This document shows positions 30,098-32,000 of a stretch of 32,000 nt of DNA, piece after piece; position 1 is the stretch's first letter; the number at the start of each line of letters is the position of its first letter. The stretch is from Synechococcus elongatus PCC 6301. GTDB lineage: Bacteria > Cyanobacteriota > Cyanobacteriia > Synechococcales > Synechococcaceae. The notes beneath the pieces are model-generated. The model made no database searches. It was given only the letters and a program-made list of their open reading frames with translations, and had not been told where the DNA came from. Both the position numbers and the translations under genes were made by a program. The stretch lies in contig NC_006576.1 in NCBI RefSeq assembly GCF_000010065.1, forward strand, positions 1,710,001 to 1,742,000, read 5' to 3'.

Positions 30098-31038
30098 TGG
30101 ATTGGTTGCAACCGCTGATCAATGGTCTGGCCATCGGGGGCGTCTATGCCCTGTTTGCCTTGGGGTATACCTTGGTCTTTTCGATCCTGGGGGTCATTAA
30201 CTTTGCCCATGGTGCCGTTTTTACCCTCGGTGCCTACCTGACTTACGCTCTAGTGGGTGGGCGTTTCAGCTTCAACGGGTTGCTCGCCAATGCCGCGCTG
30301 CCCTTCAGTTTGCCGTTCGCCTTGGCTCTGCTGCTCGGCAGTTTGCTGGCCGGCGGTGCCAGCCTCTTGATTGAGCAAGTGGCCTTTCGTCCCCTGCGCC
30401 GCCGCCAAGCGGATCCCCTCCTAACCCTGATCTCCAGCCTTGGCGTGGCGGTGTTTATCGTCAATTTGATTCAAATCTTGGTGGGAGCCGAGATTTACAC
30501 CTTCCCAAGCAACATCTACGGCGACCTACCCAGTGCCATCAACTTAGGCAGCAGCGATCGCCCGATCCAGATCCGCACGGTGCAAATCATCCTGTTTGTC
30601 GTGGCGATCGCGATGTTCAGTCTGCTGACTTGGCTGATCAACGGCACCCGCGTTGGCCATGCCCTGAAAGCTGTTGCCGAAGATGCCACCACCGCTAGCC
30701 TGCTGGGCATCGATCCCGATCGCTACATCCGGCTGACCTTCTTCCTGAGTGGCGTCCTTGGTGGTTTGGCGGGCACCTTGGTCGGTACCAGTGTCAGTAT
30801 CACCGGCCCCTATTTCGGGATTGCCTACGGGCTGAAAGGCCTGAGTGTGATGGTCTTAGGTGGACTCGGCAATATTCCCGGCACGATTGCGGGCGGCTTG
30901 TTGTTGGGTCTGGCGGAAGCTTGGGTGCCGCCACAATGGTCGGGCTATCGCGATGCCGTTGCCTTTGCGCTGCTATTTGCCATGCTCTTGATCCGTCCCC
31001 AGGGCTTGTTTAGTCGTGCTCGGACAGAGAAGGTGTAG
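30097..31038 (+). CDS. livH: Branched-chain amino acid ABC transporter permease, LivH-like
   Basis: LINGLAIGGVYALFALGYTLVFSILGVINFAHGAVFTLGAYL, GLKGLSVMVLGGLGNIPGTIAGGLLLGLAEAW; ATG overlaps the upstream TAA (TAATG). Confidence 0.92.
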   Translation: MDWLQPLINGLAIGGVYALFALGYTLVFSILGVINFAHGAVFTLGAYLTYALVGGRFSFNGLLANAALPFSLPFALALLLGSLLAGGASLLIEQVAFRPLRRRQADPLLTLISSLGVAVFIVNLIQILVGAEIYTFPSNIYGDLPSAINLGSSDRPIQIRTVQIILFVVAIAMFSLLTWLINGTRVGHALKAVAEDATTASLLGIDPDRYIRLTFFLSGVLGGLAGTLVGTSVSITGPYFGIAYGLKGLSVMVLGGLGNIPGTIAGGLLLGLAEAWVPPQWSGYRDAVAFALLFAMLLIRPQGLFSRARTEKV

Positions 31039-31041
31039 AGC

Positions 31042-31965
31042 ATGGGCAATGTGGTCGCCACCTACGGGTTTCTGTTGGTTTCGATGCTGCTGGGCGCGAC
31101 GCTGGGTCTGTCAGTCTATCTGCCGCTGATGGCAGGACAACTATCCTTGGCATCGCCCGCTTTCTATGCTCTGGGCGGCTATCTGGCGGCCATCCTCTCG
31201 ACGAAAGGTCTGACTGCCAGCCCTGAATACAGTGTTGGGGCTTTGCTGCTAGAGATGGGTCTTGCAGCGATCGCGGCGGCGGTTCTCGCCTTTCTGGTCG
31301 GCTATCCGGTGCTGCGGCTGCGCGGCATTTATCTGGCAATCGCCACGATCGCGCTCGTGGAAATTGTGCGGGTTGTCGCACTGAATCTCTCGATCACGGG
31401 CGGTGCCGTCGGCATTTTTGGGATTCCCCAGCCCTTTAGCTCGGCGGTTGGCTACCTCTGGATTGCCTTGCCGCTGCTGCTGATCGCAGTTGCTGCCTGC
31501 TGGCGCCTGCAACAGGTGCGGACTGGCCTAGTGCTGGCCGCAATCCGTGAAGATGAACTCGCAGCCAGTGCGATCGCGGTCAACACAACCCGCTACAAGG
31601 TGCTGGCCTTTGTGCTGGGGGCGGTTCTGGCCAGCCTTGTCGGAGCGGTTAGCGCCCACTTCCTCAATACCTGGAACCCGCGCCAAGGCACCTTTGATGC
31701 CAGCATCACCTTTCTGGCCTTTGTGCTGATCGGCGGATCGCGCAGTGCCTTTGGCCCTGTGTTGGGCGGGATGGTGCTGACTGCCTTGCCAGAACTATTG
31801 CGGGCGATCGGTTCGGTGCCGGGCTTGTGGCCGGGACTGAGTCGCCTCTTGCAGGACGGTCGCCTGTTGATTTTTGGGCTGCTGCTGGTCTTGGGCAGCA
31901 TCTATTTCCCGCAGGGATTGATCAAGCCCCGCGCCAGCCAGCCACGCCGACGGAGGACCTCATGA
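31042..31965 (+). CDS. livM: Branched-chain amino acid ABC transporter permease, LivM-like
   Basis: LPLMAGQLSLASPAFYALGGYLAAIL, FLVGYPVLRLRGIYLAIATIALVEIVRVVALNL, RQGTFDASITFLAFVLIGGSRSAFGPVLGG. Confidence 0.92.
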   Translation: MGNVVATYGFLLVSMLLGATLGLSVYLPLMAGQLSLASPAFYALGGYLAAILSTKGLTASPEYSVGALLLEMGLAAIAAAVLAFLVGYPVLRLRGIYLAIATIALVEIVRVVALNLSITGGAVGIFGIPQPFSSAVGYLWIALPLLLIAVAACWRLQQVRTGLVLAAIREDELAASAIAVNTTRYKVLAFVLGAVLASLVGAVSAHFLNTWNPRQGTFDASITFLAFVLIGGSRSAFGPVLGGMVLTALPELLRAIGSVPGLWPGLSRLLQDGRLLIFGLLLVLGSIYFPQGLIKPRASQPRRRRTS

Positions 31966-32000
31966 GCCTCCTGCAGCTCGAGCAAGTGACGCGCCGCTTT
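31962..32000 (+). CDS. livG: Start of ABC transporter ATP-binding protein (LivG-like), truncated by window edge
   Basis: ATGAGCCTCCTGCAGCTCGAGCAAGTGACGCGCCGCTTT = MSLLQLEQVTRRF; ATGA overlap with the upstream livM stop. Confidence 0.75.
   Translation, partial: MSLLQLEQVTRRF

Overview
This 32 kb window is a chromosomal segment from a cyanobacterium. The abundance of HIP1 palindromes (GCGATCGC), the light-dependent protochlorophyllide reductase, BtpA and cyanobacterial-type glycogen synthase all point to a Synechococcus elongatus-like genome (assignment from memory of gene families; no search was run). Most of it is ordinary core genome: tig, gpsA/phoH-like, LOG-family protein, MASE1-GGDEF-EAL protein, glgA, tRNA-Ala(GGC), UvrD-like helicase, argF, btpA, rimO, SRPBCC protein, divergent IF-1-like gene, HAD hydrolase, NDH-2-like oxidoreductase, cysH, O-methyltransferase, lipoprotein, por, DUF1537-family kinase, DAHP synthase, NfeD plus two tandem flotillins, ndk, and a branched-chain amino acid-type ABC transporter. 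I see no CRISPR array, transposase, prophage or defence island, and no clearly new multi-gene system. The items most worth a second look are (1) an uninterrupted GpsA::PIN-PhoH fusion ORF, (2) a -1 frame break in a run of six T's inside the MASE1 domain of a cyclic-di-GMP enzyme, (3) an NfeD + flotillin + flotillin operon with two divergent paralogs, and (4) an IF-1-like gene outside a ribosomal operon.
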